DNA of 64,000 nt from Candidatus Melainabacteria bacterium 17Bon1m (GTDB taxonomy: Bacteria > Cyanobacteriota > Vampirovibrionia > Obscuribacterales > Obscuribacteraceae). How positions within the stretch are numbered: position 1 is the stretch's first letter; each line of letters starts with the position of its first letter. The DNA is taken from positions 664,874 through 728,873 of the forward strand of contig JAVLKG010000003.1 in the NCBI GenBank assembly GCA_032128875.1. Direction: 5' to 3'. Below the pieces are notes generated by a model. That model saw only the letters and a list, made by a program, of their open reading frames with translations, did no database searches and had not been told where the DNA came from. Both the position numbers and the translations under genes were made by a program. Positions 20,087-29,692 of the stretch are shown piece by piece.

Positions 20087-22537
20087 ATGAAAAGCACTCA
20101 GATAAGCCGGTCTCAATCACTCAGCGACGCGATTGGCGATGCGTCGAATTGCATCGCTCCGTTATATCCACTTACCAATTTCATCGCTGGCAATGCTCTG
20201 AAGGGTCTTGAAGAAATTCCTTTTGCGTCGGCGATGCGGCAGGCTGCTCATCTTTTCGGTGCTCATGGTTTTCTTCTGCTGTCAGAGTATCGCGCGATGT
20301 ATGAATACGGGCGTATTTCTCCAGCCAATCTCGAGGAAGCTTTTCTGAGAAAGCACGAAAGTGAAACTGCTCAGCAAGATTCAGAAAAAGAAATTCTCAC
20401 GTTAGCGGAAATGCTTGACCGCACGAGCGGTTCGAAAGTTGTAGCCGCTATTAACAGTCAAATGGTGAAGTGGTGTGCGGCTTATTCAGATCGGACACAG
20501 GCTCCGTGGAAAGCTTGCAGAAAAGATGATCTGTATATCTTTTGGCGAGATTTAGCTAAGTACGATCTTTCGCTTTCTTTTCACGGTGTCAAAGATTGGA
20601 CTCAAACAATTGCTTCAATGCCTGAGAAGGCGGAAGACGCTTTAGAAGCGCTTCTAAATGCGCTTGACGTGAGAGGAGAAAACATCTCGCCGTATTTGAG
20701 AAGGCATTTAGTTGAGATGCCTGGCTTTGCTAGTTATTTCAAGTGGCGCGAACAAGAAGGGCATGATCAAGGAGTCTTGTGCGCTTATTTGGCAATTAGG
20801 CTGTGCTACGAGAAAGTTTTGTCGCAACCTGTTGCACGTCGTTTATACAAATCTGATGATCTGGGACTGGTCAGACCCTTGCTTGAATTAGAAACGCTTG
20901 CCAAAAAGGCACCGCCTGCTAGCGAAGACTATGGACCGGTCTGGCAAGAAGCCTATGAGCTGAATTATCGCGACAGACTTTTGTCTTTGTTGGATAACAA
21001 AACGCGAAGCAGCACGGACTCGAAGTGCCAGATGATCTTCTGCATCGACGTTCGTTCTGAGCCTATCAGGCGAGAGTTGGAAAGATGTGGACCATATACG
21101 ACTTATGGCTTTGCCGGATTTTTCGGTATGCCTATGAGGATGAGTGAATTGGGAAGCGCCCTTTCAATTGATCTGTGCCCTGTTCTATTGAAGCCTGAGC
21201 GTGAAGTTAGAGAAAGCGCGGTCGGTTTATCTGCGACAAAACGCATAAGCTGGCAAGCTCTGCGAGTGTCCGCTCTGCAATTGAAAAAGAAGCTCAAATG
21301 TAATCTTTCCGGTGCCTTCGGACTTGTTGAGATGTTGGGAATTTTCTCCGCCGTGCCTCTTGCTCTGAAAACATTCTTCCCCTCTCTTGCGAAGAGGATG
21401 TGGAATCGTATCGAGTCTAGTGTCGCTGCTGATGTCCGTACAAGTCTTGATTTGACGAATTTTTCGCTTGAGGAAAAAGTTGCCCTGGCGCAGAGGGCTG
21501 TCAAAGGAATCGGTCTGGAGAACTTCGGCGAACTGATAGTTCTTTGCGGTCACAGAAGTACTTCAACTAACAACCCATTTGCTTCCTCGCTTGACTGCGG
21601 TGCGTGTGGTGCCAATGCCGGTGGATTCAGTGCACGTTTGGCGGCCGACGTTTTAAACGATTCTGAGGTCCGGGGTGAGCTGATGGTTAGAGGTTTGATA
21701 ATTCCCGACCGGACGCATTTCATTGCCGCAGAGCATGATACGACAACCGATCTGTTTATGTTTTTCGATTGCGACGATTTGTCGCAACAGCATACAGAGA
21801 TTCTCGATAAGCTCAGATTTGATCTGGTTTGCGCTGGGGATGAGGTTCGGCGAAGACGAGCGGAGCGCCTGCCTCAGAGTAGTTTGCCCAAATTCGACGA
21901 TCCACTCGAGCGTTCTTGTGATTGGGGGCAGATAGCACCAGAATGGGGACTCGCCGGCAATGCCGCTTTTGTCGCCGCTCCCCGGTCCGTGACAAAGCAT
22001 GCTGACCTAGAAGGAAGGGTATTCCTACATTCATATGAATACAGCACAGATAGTGATGGACAGATCCTCGAGTTGATTATGACAGCACCGCTGGTAGTGG
22101 CGCAGTGGATCAATATGCAATATTACCTGTCTACCGTTGATAATAAAGTTTTTGGCAGTGGAAGTAAGGTCTTTCATAATGTAGTCGGTGACTTTGGCGT
22201 CATGCAAGGCGCACATAGCGATCTGAGGATGGGCTTGCCGCTCCAATCTGTGGTGACTGAGTCCGGTGTTTTTCATGAGCCGATGCGCTTGCTTGCTGTA
22301 ATTCGAGCTCCTCTGAGCGCTATAGATTCTGTTCTAGATAAGCACCATGATGTGCGTAAGCTGGTAGCCAATCGTTGGATTCGATTAGTAGCACTAGAGC
22401 CGCAGAGCGGTGAGTTTTTCGAAGCCGAGGATAGCGGATCGTGGAGACGAATAAACTTTCAATCTCAAGCTGCAAGCGCGGGTTTAGCCGGTCTCTCTGA
22501 GGAAGCTTGTGTCGCACGCCAGTCAATACTTCGGTAA
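20087..22537 (+). CDS. dabA: DabA/MpsB (DUF2309) soluble carbonic-anhydrase-like subunit of an inorganic carbon pump
   Basis: FCIDVRSE, LCGH, NNPFASSLDCGACG, PEWGLAGNAAF, FLHSY and HEPMRLL; the Zn-ligand Cys/Asp/His/Cys are intact. Confidence 0.92.
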   Translation: MKSTQISRSQSLSDAIGDASNCIAPLYPLTNFIAGNALKGLEEIPFASAMRQAAHLFGAHGFLLLSEYRAMYEYGRISPANLEEAFLRKHESETAQQDSEKEILTLAEMLDRTSGSKVVAAINSQMVKWCAAYSDRTQAPWKACRKDDLYIFWRDLAKYDLSLSFHGVKDWTQTIASMPEKAEDALEALLNALDVRGENISPYLRRHLVEMPGFASYFKWREQEGHDQGVLCAYLAIRLCYEKVLSQPVARRLYKSDDLGLVRPLLELETLAKKAPPASEDYGPVWQEAYELNYRDRLLSLLDNKTRSSTDSKCQMIFCIDVRSEPIRRELERCGPYTTYGFAGFFGMPMRMSELGSALSIDLCPVLLKPEREVRESAVGLSATKRISWQALRVSALQLKKKLKCNLSGAFGLVEMLGIFSAVPLALKTFFPSLAKRMWNRIESSVAADVRTSLDLTNFSLEEKVALAQRAVKGIGLENFGELIVLCGHRSTSTNNPFASSLDCGACGANAGGFSARLAADVLNDSEVRGELMVRGLIIPDRTHFIAAEHDTTTDLFMFFDCDDLSQQHTEILDKLRFDLVCAGDEVRRRRAERLPQSSLPKFDDPLERSCDWGQIAPEWGLAGNAAFVAAPRSVTKHADLEGRVFLHSYEYSTDSDGQILELIMTAPLVVAQWINMQYYLSTVDNKVFGSGSKVFHNVVGDFGVMQGAHSDLRMGLPLQSVVTESGVFHEPMRLLAVIRAPLSAIDSVLDKHHDVRKLVANRWIRLVALEPQSGEFFEAEDSGSWRRINFQSQAASAGLAGLSEEACVARQSILR

Positions 22538-23411
22538 GAGAGCCATCCTGGGCACCATGCACAAAAAGGCTGAAGCTTTGACTTTACCCTTTAAGGTTGG
22601 TCTGGGAATGGAGCTGCAGACCTGTGAATTCGACACTGACCAGTTGGGGACATTTACAGGTGAGATAGAGAGGCAGGGCAGTGCGGTCGAGACTGCTGGA
22701 AAGAAAGCTCGATTGGCAATGTGCAAGACCGAAGAACCGCGCGGGCTTGGCAGTGAAGGTAGTTTTGGACCGCATCCCCTCATTCCGTATATGGCCTTAA
22801 GTCAGGAATTTCTTGTTCTTGTCGATGATGAGTTGGAAATTCAGGTAGCAGAGAGCGTCGTGACAACCAGGACAAATTACTGTCACACAGAGGTAAATTG
22901 CGTCGATGAGACTGAAGAATTTTTGCACCGTGCAAAATTTCCTTCTCATGCGCTCATCGTAAAGCCTGTCAAAAGCCAATCATCCGTTTTTGACAATGTC
23001 AAAAGACTATTCAGCGGGCAGGTCGTGACGTCGCAGATCTATAAGGGAATTCGAGACAGGGACTCTCTGGCATGTGCAATTCGCACTTGTCGGCAGCATT
23101 CCTCTTCTGGGCGCGTTCATATCGAGACTGATATGCGAGCGCACATGAATCCAACAAGGATGCGCGTATTAAGGTCATTAGGTATTAAGTTGGTTAGGCG
23201 TTTGCTCTCTTCTTGTCAGGCGTGTGGCTGTCCGGGTTTTGGAATTTCAGGACAAGACGGAAATCTTCCCTGTGAGGAATGCGGCTTTCCATCGGATGCC
23301 TATGCTCAAGAGTTGCATTCCTGTCCTCGCTGCCAATTTACAAAAACACTGCCGCGAAGCGACGGGCTCACTTATGTGGAGGCTCTCTTTTGTCAGCGTT
23401 GCAATCCTTGA
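22509..23411 (+). CDS. DUF6671-like protein with C-terminal Cys-rich (CxxC) region
   Basis: TMHKK, DTDQLGTFTGEIER, SEGSFGPHP and ETDMRAHMNPTRM; CxxC at CQAC, CEEC, CPRC and CQRC. Confidence 0.75.
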   Translation: MSHASQYFGKRAILGTMHKKAEALTLPFKVGLGMELQTCEFDTDQLGTFTGEIERQGSAVETAGKKARLAMCKTEEPRGLGSEGSFGPHPLIPYMALSQEFLVLVDDELEIQVAESVVTTRTNYCHTEVNCVDETEEFLHRAKFPSHALIVKPVKSQSSVFDNVKRLFSGQVVTSQIYKGIRDRDSLACAIRTCRQHSSSGRVHIETDMRAHMNPTRMRVLRSLGIKLVRRLLSSCQACGCPGFGISGQDGNLPCEECGFPSDAYAQELHSCPRCQFTKTLPRSDGLTYVEALFCQRCNP

Positions 23412-23505
23412 TAAAGGAGTAATTAAGTCGCACACCTAAGGATATCGCTGGAGCCCTTGTGGCTCGCTAACCGTATCGGTCTTAATGGAGGAGTGAGTTA
23501 ATTAA

Positions 23506-24309
23506 ATGGATAAGAATCTCAAAGACCTGGAGAACGAAAGCATATTTATCATCAGAGAGGCTTATGCAAAGGTGAAGGATCTGGCTTTGCTCTGGTCTAT
23601 GGGAAAAGATTCTACCGTCCTTCTGCATCTCGTGAAAAAGGCCTTCATGGGTCACTGCCCTATCCCCTTGGTACATGTGGACGAGAGTTATGAACCAGAG
23701 GAAATGACAAACTGGAGAGATGATTACGTGAAGAGGCATGGATTGCGCCTCATCGTTGGACAAAACAAGCAAGCTCTCGCCGATGGCATGGGTCCTCACA
23801 AGGGTCGGCTTGTTTGTTGCAATGCACTAAAAACAGTCGCCTTACATCAGACGGTGAAAGAGCGCAAAATTCAGGCGCTTCTCGTCGGCATCAGACGGGA
23901 TGAAGAAGGATCTCGCGGAAAAGAACGCGTTGTATCCCCCAGGTCGGCCGGCGGCGAGTGGATGTATAAGGATCAGCCGGCTGAAATTTGGAACTACTAC
24001 AACTTGCATGCGCCGAAGGATGTTCATCTGCGTGTTCATCCTATTCTGCACTGGACGGAGCTGGCGATTTGGGAGTACATACTCAGCGAATCTATTGAAG
24101 TTATTCCGCTATATTTCTCTCGAAACGGTATGCGTTATCGTAGTCTTGGATGTGCGCCTTGCACAGGTGCATTCCCTTCGGAGTCGTCTAGTGTTGAAGA
24201 GATCATCGAAGAGCTTAAGCTCTCTAATGACTCCGAGAGAGCTGGCAGAGCTCATGATCAAGAAGAAATGTATGCCTTGCAGAAGCTGCGAAAAACGGGC
24301 TTTATGTAA
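23506..24309 (+). CDS. cysD: Sulfate adenylyltransferase subunit 2
   Basis: LENESIFIIREA, WSMGKDS PP-loop, GIRRDEEGSRGKER, RVHPILHWTE and YRSLGC. Confidence 0.9.
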   Translation: MDKNLKDLENESIFIIREAYAKVKDLALLWSMGKDSTVLLHLVKKAFMGHCPIPLVHVDESYEPEEMTNWRDDYVKRHGLRLIVGQNKQALADGMGPHKGRLVCCNALKTVALHQTVKERKIQALLVGIRRDEEGSRGKERVVSPRSAGGEWMYKDQPAEIWNYYNLHAPKDVHLRVHPILHWTELAIWEYILSESIEVIPLYFSRNGMRYRSLGCAPCTGAFPSESSSVEEIIEELKLSNDSERAGRAHDQEEMYALQKLRKTGFM

Positions 24310-24357
24310 GTTTGCAATTAGAGCTTGCTACGAATTCTAGACGTCCAACGGATGAGG

Positions 24358-25566
24358 CTAAAAAATTATTTCGGCTTGGTTCATTAGAATGCCCAGATGG
24401 CGCTTGTCTAGACTTTCTGGATGAATGTCGAAAGGACGCAGAGCTGCGTTTATTCTGAATGAAATGCGAACTGTCTCTTGGTCACGATTTACGCCTATGA
24501 GTTTTGCTTCGTGGACAAAACCGAGAGCATCCTGCACTCGTGTGAATTGCAGTGGCTGACCGTCGGCCGCAATTTTCAGGCTGAGTAGTTGATCTGGTTT
24601 GAGAGCGCTCACTATTCGAAATCGAAGATAAGCATCGCCAATTTTAGGAACCCTGAAGTCCAGCCACGACTCATTAGTTGGTCCTGACCATGATGCCTTG
24701 TACGCTCCATGATCCTCTTCTTCATACCAACCTCCGCGAGCGATTGGCTTTGACCTTTTACCGTCGCGTTGTTCCAAATAGTCCGCCGTCGCTGCGTCTT
24801 TCTGAACTTCCAATAGAAGTACTTTTCTTCTCAGTTCAATTACTTCGCGGCACAAGCTGTCTTCTCTGAAGGAGACTATTTGGTCTGCGTGACTCAACGG
24901 CATCTCGAAATGCACAGCGAGTTCGGGATGCTCAGGCGATGTATAAAAACGATTGAGACCATCGAAATATCTGAAGATGTATCCTTGATCTTCCAAAACG
25001 TGATGCCATTTTGCCCATGATGGAACATCACTGAGGGGCTCGAGTGATTCGATAACGATGATCCATGGTTTGAACTTCGCAAAATTGATACCGCCGAGTA
25101 CTTCGAACTCAGAACCCTCAGCGTCAATCTTGAGAAAATGAGCTTCTTTGACATTGTGCTCGTCGAGAATATCGCTCAGCGGTAATGCTGATTTCTCTGA
25201 GCGTGTAATGGTGATTCCTAAATTTGCTTCGTAGAGCTTTGCCTGTTGCTCATCTGTAGTTGATAGCCCGGATTCTTTGACTTCGAAAAATGTCACTGTC
25301 TCTCGCTTATTCCACGCAATCACCTGCAGGTTGATATCATCAGGTCTTTCTGATTCGAGCTTGTTGAACCAGTGCGAAACAGGATCTATGTTTATTCCAC
25401 GCCATCCTCTGTCGTAGAAAGCTTTAGTCACCGAATCCCGCACAGGATCGCAGGCGCCAACATCCACGTAACAACCGCGCTCGATGTGTTTCAACGCTCG
25501 ATGCAACAACGCGTCTTCTCGATTCTGTGCGTATGAAATGAAGTGCGTGTTAGACCAGTTTGTCAT
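24358..25566 (-). CDS. FkbM-family methyltransferase with C-terminal beta domain
   Basis: ISYAQNRED, YVDVGA, GWRGINIDP, FLKIDAEG and FDGLNRFY. Confidence 0.88.
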   Translation of the reverse strand: MTNWSNTHFISYAQNREDALLHRALKHIERGCYVDVGACDPVRDSVTKAFYDRGWRGINIDPVSHWFNKLESERPDDINLQVIAWNKRETVTFFEVKESGLSTTDEQQAKLYEANLGITITRSEKSALPLSDILDEHNVKEAHFLKIDAEGSEFEVLGGINFAKFKPWIIVIESLEPLSDVPSWAKWHHVLEDQGYIFRYFDGLNRFYTSPEHPELAVHFEMPLSHADQIVSFREDSLCREVIELRRKVLLLEVQKDAATADYLEQRDGKRSKPIARGGWYEEEDHGAYKASWSGPTNESWLDFRVPKIGDAYLRFRIVSALKPDQLLSLKIAADGQPLQFTRVQDALGFVHEAKLIGVNRDQETVRISFRINAALRPFDIHPESLDKRHLGILMNQAEIIF

Positions 25567-25691
25567 TGTTTGTTTTCTTCGCTTCCCCGTCTATTGATTA
25601 TCCCGATCCTTCGTCACTCCAACCGCATCGCCTTCTCAATCTGCTTGCAGTTCAGCTGATATGTTCTCTTGCCGAATCGTACGAACCGCTT

Positions 25692-28055
25692 TCAGTTATG
25701 CGCGCGTTTATGAAGCGCGAATGCTACCAGCGCAGTCGCAAGCAGGCTGAAGAGAGAGATTGCCATGCCTGTTTTAAGTGGGGCCGGTTCAAAGGAAAAC
25801 TTTACTGTGCTGCTGCCGGCTGGAACCGTTGTCGCCCGTATGGCATAGTCAGCTCGATAGACACCGCGACCTAAAGCTTTCACACCATTTACTGAGACGT
25901 TCCAACCCGGATAATAACTGTCTGCTGTCACTAGTAGTGCCGATTCTTTAGTCTGTACTTTGAGGGTCATTGCATTTTCATTTGATTCAATGATTTCTAC
26001 TGTTGCATTTGGATCGCGCTTTGAGTCAGGCACGTGTAGAGACCAACCGAGAATTTCCTCTAGCAACACTGTGCGGTTTGGGTCGATTGATGCGGTGCCT
26101 ATTTGTCCAGTCTGCAATCCTTTTGCAAGTACTTCCGGTTTTAGAGTAGGCGGCAATATTCTATAGTCACTGACAAGCCAAGCTCTGGGAAACGCCCGCA
26201 AGTTCTCATAGATCAGAGCATCACCAGCTTCTTTCACCACCTTCCAGCGCGGTCCGACTGGCGCCGGACAACGACTATCATTCTTCGGTAGAAGGACATA
26301 TTTGACAGCAAGAATATCGAGAGTGCGGTCCTCATCTTTGGACCATGTGCTATCAACAAGGAAGCCGCCTTCCTTCATGTTGAGCAAGTTTGCGATGCGC
26401 TCAGGAAAGAGGTTTTCGTAACCGCTGGCATTTTGAACGCCCCACAGCATCGACAGATTTACTGGAAGTTCGTCTGCGCGTCCTGAGTTGCCGCGTAAAC
26501 TCAACAAGCGCTGATGTGTTTTCGCTAGTTCACTGTTCAACCACGCGACGTGCTCCGGCTGATTCAGTGCAGATGCTGGTGGAGAGGCAACGAAATATTC
26601 GCTGCCTAGTGCTACTGTTGCGAAATCGAGAATAAAAACCAACGTTAGCGCATTCAGAAAAATGTACGAACGCTTCAAGCACAACACATAAACAATCGAA
26701 CCGAAGATGAATAAGATAATCGGTATTCCTAGAGCTGGATTTGTCCATGGATACAGCCCAAAGACTCCGGACGCTGTCTCGTGGACCCTTTCTTGTGATG
26801 CGCCTGCGATTAGATAGGTAAAGATTGCAGCGATGATGAAAAACCCAACGAAGATCGCGTGGGCACGCATAGCAACCTTCTGAGAAACTTGCTTTGTTGC
26901 AAGAGCAGCAACACCAGCAGCGGTTAAACAGCTAAGCGCCATGCTGATTTCGAGGAAGTGTCTAGTTGGTGCTCTAAATCTGTTGTAGCAAGGAAGTTGG
27001 TACGCAAGCTGGGAGAGAGGACCGACATCTCCGAATATCAAAATGGAGAAAACCAGCAAAGCGATCGACCAGTAAACGATCACCGGCTTCTTTCGAAAAG
27101 CAAAAATACCTAGCGGGAAGAGCAGCCAGCTAAAGAGACCGCAGTAGCCGAGCACGCTTTGTAAGTTGTATGCGCCGAAGTAATTGCAGCCGTAGATAGA
27201 ATCTTTGAAGCTTCCAAATGCGTAAGGAAAAATTTGATTGATAAAGTTGACCGGCAGCAATGCGTACTCGACGAAGAGTTTGTAGGTCATTTTCCAGCGC
27301 CAGGTGAATGTCCCTAATTCTGCCGCGGGCAAGATTACAACGCTGCTTATTCCCACTCCCAGCATGATCGCAAGGAGCGCGAGGAGTGCAAAACGTAGGC
27401 GACTCCCTTTTTCTGCTTCAAGTGTTTCTGCAACTACAGAACCACCTAATAACGCTAGACCATAGCAAAACATTTGTGGATGTCCTGCGAAACAGAGAAG
27501 AGCGGTTGCGAGGACGGTGAGCGAAAACCAGAGCGCAGGCTTGCTTGGTTGGAGGCGTGCACTTCTGATTGCCCACAGCCCGAGGGGCAGCCAGACTGCG
27601 GAATGAACCATAGTTGTGTGGCGGAGGTTTGAAAGTAGGAAGCCATTGAATGCAAAAATACATCCCGCCACCAGCGCCGCTGTCCAGCAGCTAGTCAAAG
27701 AGTACGCATAGAGTGTGGCAAAAAATCCTGCTAACGCAAACGCGATAATAATGTACAAATTCCAGCCGCCGGGCAGCAGAGAAAAGATGTGTTTCAGCGG
27801 ATAGAACGTTTGTGATTGTGGATCGGCATACCATGGAAAGCCGCACAGTATCTGGTTAGTCCAAAGGTGTGTTCCGTTTTGAAATGCCGGCAAATACTGA
27901 ACGAGTGCGTCGCCCGGCGCTAAAAGTTTTCCCTGAAAAACTACAGGTAAGAAAAAGATGCAAGAAACAATGGCGAAAAAAACAGCTGCATACAGTGAAG
28001 GATTGCTTCTGAATTTTTCGACAATGACGCTCATGTTGTCGATTCGCTGCATCAA
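25692..28055 (-). CDS. YfhO-family multi-pass membrane protein (GT-C glycosyltransferase-like)
   Basis: LWTNQILCGFP, AGHPQ, RFRAPTR and C-terminal DSYYPGW...RADYAIRA; many TM helices. Start may be at 28034. Confidence 0.85.
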   Translation of the reverse strand: MMQRIDNMSVIVEKFRSNPSLYAAVFFAIVSCIFFLPVVFQGKLLAPGDALVQYLPAFQNGTHLWTNQILCGFPWYADPQSQTFYPLKHIFSLLPGGWNLYIIIAFALAGFFATLYAYSLTSCWTAALVAGCIFAFNGFLLSNLRHTTMVHSAVWLPLGLWAIRSARLQPSKPALWFSLTVLATALLCFAGHPQMFCYGLALLGGSVVAETLEAEKGSRLRFALLALLAIMLGVGISSVVILPAAELGTFTWRWKMTYKLFVEYALLPVNFINQIFPYAFGSFKDSIYGCNYFGAYNLQSVLGYCGLFSWLLFPLGIFAFRKKPVIVYWSIALLVFSILIFGDVGPLSQLAYQLPCYNRFRAPTRHFLEISMALSCLTAAGVAALATKQVSQKVAMRAHAIFVGFFIIAAIFTYLIAGASQERVHETASGVFGLYPWTNPALGIPIILFIFGSIVYVLCLKRSYIFLNALTLVFILDFATVALGSEYFVASPPASALNQPEHVAWLNSELAKTHQRLLSLRGNSGRADELPVNLSMLWGVQNASGYENLFPERIANLLNMKEGGFLVDSTWSKDEDRTLDILAVKYVLLPKNDSRCPAPVGPRWKVVKEAGDALIYENLRAFPRAWLVSDYRILPPTLKPEVLAKGLQTGQIGTASIDPNRTVLLEEILGWSLHVPDSKRDPNATVEIIESNENAMTLKVQTKESALLVTADSYYPGWNVSVNGVKALGRGVYRADYAIRATTVPAGSSTVKFSFEPAPLKTGMAISLFSLLATALVAFALHKRAHN

Positions 28056-28124
28056 TAAAATCCGGGCAATTCCGAGTGGCTTGAGACATCAGCATTTTAA
28101 TGGGTTGCCACGCGAACGTCAAAG

Positions 28125-28760
28125 CTAAGGCAAGCGGATTGGGTCTCGAGGCACGATTTCAAAATTTATGAAGTCGAAACACAAAACTTGCTGTTTTCCA
28201 AAGTCAATTATGCAAAATCCGGGACCGTGCTTTTGTAGCAGAGTGCCGGCGTTGACGAAAGTTACGTCGTCAATTCTACGGACCATTCTGCGATGACTAT
28301 GCCCTTTGATTACATACCGGTAGTCGCACTCATACAACAACTTCTCTAGCGCTTCGTTGCTCGTGAGCGCGTATCCCTCATCGCCAGGGAGAAGTGTTTT
28401 CATATCATTCTCGCCAAGTCCATGGCAGAGCAGCACGCTACCTCTCACCGATTCAAGCACCCTCGTAGGTGGAACCTGTCTTAGCCACTGAAGGTTTTCT
28501 CTTTCAAAATCCTCTTGGTAGTGCACGTCGGCGAACAAGCGCATTTCATTATTAAGCAACCAGCGCTCGTGATTGCCTCTCACCGCTGGAATTTTGTTTT
28601 CTCGCAAAAGTGCAACGCAGCGGTTGACGTCGCCGCTTCCATCTACGATGTCTCCAACACTGACAATTTGCTCAACTTGTGGTCGACAAAAGTTGATTGC
28701 CTTGTCCAGCAATTCATCTTCAGCGTGGATATCTCCAATGGCTGCAATTCGCTTAAGCAT
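28125..28760 (-). CDS. Metallophosphoesterase (calcineurin-like)
   Basis: GDIH, GDIVD, GNHE, CHG, GHSH and NAG motifs. Confidence 0.9.
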   Translation of the reverse strand: MLKRIAAIGDIHAEDELLDKAINFCRPQVEQIVSVGDIVDGSGDVNRCVALLRENKIPAVRGNHERWLLNNEMRLFADVHYQEDFERENLQWLRQVPPTRVLESVRGSVLLCHGLGENDMKTLLPGDEGYALTSNEALEKLLYECDYRYVIKGHSHRRMVRRIDDVTFVNAGTLLQKHGPGFCIIDFGKQQVLCFDFINFEIVPRDPIRLP

Positions 28761-28893
28761 CGTATGCCATATTAACACCGAGAGGGATTCGTCGCTTGTT
28801 GCCGCCTTTTTGAAATGCCTTAGGGGCGCGAGTAGCAGTCTGTTTTAAGCATTTTTCTTTCTATGGTTTGCCTGCCCTTGATAAGATGTTTCT

Positions 28894-29352
28894 ATGAAGG
28901 TCAAGCAATATGGGTTGATATTTTTCGGAGCCTTATTGATAGGCTCGTTATCCGGATGCAGCGAGCAAACCGAGCGATTAGGCCATAGCCACCACGAGAC
29001 CGGATATGTTTCGTGGGGAATCGATGAATTTGAGCTGTTTGGGTTGACTAAGGAAGAGGTAGCAGAGAAGTTCAAAGGGCGGTTGTCGCTGTCTGAAGAG
29101 GATACGGCGGTAACCTTTGATGATGGACACTGTGGGCATTTCCACCTTTCATTCAACAAGGATAAGAGGATTGATGGTGTTCAGCGCGTTTTCATAGACG
29201 GCGCTGGTTGCGAGATTTTTGGTCCTTACCTGGGTTCAAAGAGATCTGCGCTCGAATTCTCGATAAATGGTTTGACTCAGAATGAGCATTTGGACAAAGA
29301 CGATACGACCAAGCTGGCAACAGCGCGCAAACTCTTGGAAGAATCAAATTAG
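28894..29352 (+). CDS. Hypothetical lipoprotein
   Basis: Signal peptide with lipobox LSGC. Confidence 0.7.
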   Translation: MKVKQYGLIFFGALLIGSLSGCSEQTERLGHSHHETGYVSWGIDEFELFGLTKEEVAEKFKGRLSLSEEDTAVTFDDGHCGHFHLSFNKDKRIDGVQRVFIDGAGCEIFGPYLGSKRSALEFSINGLTQNEHLDKDDTTKLATARKLLEESN

Positions 29353-29404
29353 GTTAGTTCCGAGGGCTATTGATACACGGTTTCTTACCGCATCTGACTT
29401 TTCG

Positions 29405-29520
29405 AACGAGTGCGTCCCCGGCGCTAAAAGTTTTCCTTGAAGCATGACGGACAGAAAGAAAAGGCACGAAATGCTCGCAAAGAAAATTGCCGTGTAGAGA
29501 TGCGATCTCTTCCGAAATTT
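29405..29520 (-). pseudogene. Frameshifted remnant of a YfhO-family gene 5' end
   Basis: Translates to KFRKRSHLYTAIFFASISCLFFLSVMLQGKLLAPG then, after a 1-nt deletion, DALV. Matches KFRSNPSLYAAVFFAIVSCIFFLPVVFQGKLLAPGDALV of 25692-28055; no in-frame start. Confidence 0.8.
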
Positions 29521-29692
29521 CGCACCTAGTGAATTTCGGTCTGAATTTGCAAATTATCATTCTGCTGACGATTGAAAACGTCCAATTCAGCGGTAGACTT
29601 TTGAAATGCGCAATGTAAATTTTATACCAGGCGTGTTTTTTTGTACTCCGCCTGACGCCACTGCATTCAGTGGCGAATACGCTGGCAATTAG

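Noticed and set aside
29354-29560. 68-aa minus-strand ORF as a real gene
   Set aside because: It reads mostly out of frame across the YfhO remnant and is better explained as a pseudogene fragment.
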